Source of the DNA: Lama glama
Taxonomy: Eukaryota
Direction: 5' to 3'
Length of the DNA stretch: 64,000 nucleotides
Assembly (NCBI GenBank): GCA_028534125.1
Contig: CM052832.1
Coordinates: forward strand, 13,828,001-13,892,000
The translations under genes and the position numbers were made by a program. Within the stretch, counting starts at the first letter, position 1. Every line of letters begins with the position of its first letter. Under the pieces are notes generated by a model. The model was not told where the DNA came from, ran no database searches, and saw only the letters and a program-made list of their open reading frames with translations. Positions 62,171-64,000 of this stretch are shown piece after piece.

Positions 62171-63569
62171 AGTTGTGATGTGTTTGAAGGGAACACTGGC
62201 AAGGAGTAGGGATTATAAATAGGAGAGAAGAAGAGTTCATGTGGTTGTTGACCAGCTGAAGGGAGGGACTAAGAGGACAGAGCCCAAATTTCACCAGGAC
62301 CAGAAGGATGCAGTGGGACAAGAGGTGTCCTCACAGCAGCCATCGAGGGCCCAGAGGATCACAGAGACCTCTCCCCTCCTTCCTGAAGACACATATGCTT
62401 CATCCTACACTCAATCCAACTTGGTCAGGAGAACGGGGTGGTGAGAGGGATCCTAAAGGCTGAGTATTGAATTAAAAAAGACTGGGTAACCTGAAAGTCA
62501 CTGTATGCCTCAATTTCAACTGCCACATAAACTAGACAGTCAGAGAAAATTTTAAAGTTACAGTTATTGCACATCTCAATTGTAATTTGAGCCTACTTCT
62601 TGGGGAATAAAGGTTATCTGTGGGCTGGGCAGCCACAGTGGAATGGAGGGGGTATCTATGGTTCTTGATTGCCCAGAATCCTTCTGCTTTCTTTTGTGAC
62701 AAAAAGCTTCTCTCTACTTGGTCAACTGCCCCTCCCCTTTCCACAAGGCCCAGGTGAGGCTGTCTCCTTAGGGCTCTGCCCAGTGTGGATCATGGGTAGG
62801 GGCTGGGGAACCCAAACTAAGAGAACCTGAGACTCTTGATGGGGAATTTGAATCTTGAGTGACTCCCTGTCTGCTCCCTGAGCTGACTCCAGGGTTGTCA
62901 CACATCTGACCTTGACCCAGAGCTGTGGGCCCCTTCCCAGAACTGAGATGTCTGTGTCTGAGGCTTAAGCAAAAGGAATGTGTTATAGAGGAGTTTCAGG
63001 TACCACAGGGGCAGGAATGCAGCAGTCATGGGAAGGGTGTGTAGGGTGTGTGTGTAACCAGGACCTGGAAATCCATCAGAAGTCAGAGCATGGCTGCTGC
63101 TGCTTCTTCCTAAAAGGCTAATCGATTCTTTCTCGCCTCTGCAGACCAGCTTTCTCCAGTTCTTCATCAGCACATCAGAAAACTGCCTTCCTGGGCTTCT
63201 ATAGTTCCATGTTTCAGATCAGCTTGAAGGTGAGCTGCTGGGCACAAGCCTACACAAGCCTGTCTAGAACAGACCAGACACAGTTCTAAATGCCTCAGAA
63301 ATACTTGTCCCCCAAGAGAGGGCTTTGGGTCATTCCCATCCGTTGTCCAGTCCACTGAGTTGGGGAGCAAAGACAGCCTCATTTACTAATGTGGCTGCCA
63401 GAGGCACACCCTTGTGTCTGGGGTAGATCTTGGAGAACGTAGTCCGGGGGGACACCCAAGAGGAGTTTGGCACGTCTCTGGGTCTACAGCTACTGTGTCA
63501 CTAGGAGGCATGACACCACCCAACCCCCACCATCCCAGGTGGTAGGACTTGACCAGGGAGAATTTTGCT

Positions 63570-63905
63570 CCATTTTTGTTTTTTAATTGAGGTACAGTAC
63601 CTATATTACATATGGTAAAATACTCAGATCTTAAGTGCACGGCTAGATGGATTTTTTACATATGTGTTACTAACACCCCAGATCAAGATTTAGAACAATC
63701 CCAACACACTGGAAGGCTCCCTCCTTCCTGCCCCCTCCCAGTGAGTATTCCTCCCAGGGGTAAACCCTGCACATTTTTACCACCATAGATTAGTTTTACC
63801 TCATCTTGTACTTCATGTAGATGGAATCACACAGTCTGCATTCTTTTGCCTGTGGCTTTTCTCTCTCAAAACTATGCTTGTGAGATTAACCTATATGATT
63901 TCATG
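63570..63905 (-). mobile_element. Old L1 3' end fragment
   Basis: accatagattagtttt...atggaatcacacag motifs. Confidence 0.65.
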
Positions 63906-64000
63906 TGGGAACCAGAACTCGGTTCTTTTTTGAGGGGGGAAAACCCAAAGCAAAAGATGCTTTAGATTGGAGAAGGGGTGATTAGATCTTACGAGGTTTG

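Noticed and set aside
57500..64000. CLPS, the expected syntenic neighbour of LHFPL5
   Set aside because: No colipase-like exon found by eye; it probably lies beyond the window.

Overview
Mammalian genomic DNA, probably camelid (a tRNA-derived SINE resembling Vic-1 lies at 33494-33585). Two genes converge tail to tail. SRPK1 (SR protein kinase 1) is on the + strand: exon 3 at 14169 through the stop codon at 42681, with a 3' UTR to about 44970. Exons 1-2 lie upstream of the window, and exons 4-5 are absent and almost certainly hidden in a 500-N assembly gap. LHFPL5 (TMHS, hair-cell mechanotransduction subunit) is on the - strand with a complete 219-aa CDS in three exons (56555 to 50666). The rest is intronic or intergenic and rich in old L1, L2, MIR, MaLR/ERV and Tigger fragments. 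Main signals: (1) an intact, same-length, same-phase duplicate of SRPK1 exon 15 (40467-40559) encoding an SRPK2/SRPK3-like version of the substrate-docking region, i.e. a candidate mutually exclusive exon pair, with an RBFOX motif between the two exons; (2) a U12-type minor intron in SRPK1; (3) a near-perfect REST/NRSF RE1 site at the LHFPL5 promoter. Exon numbers follow the human 16-exon SRPK1 model from memory. Repeat family calls were made by eye and their boundaries are approximate.
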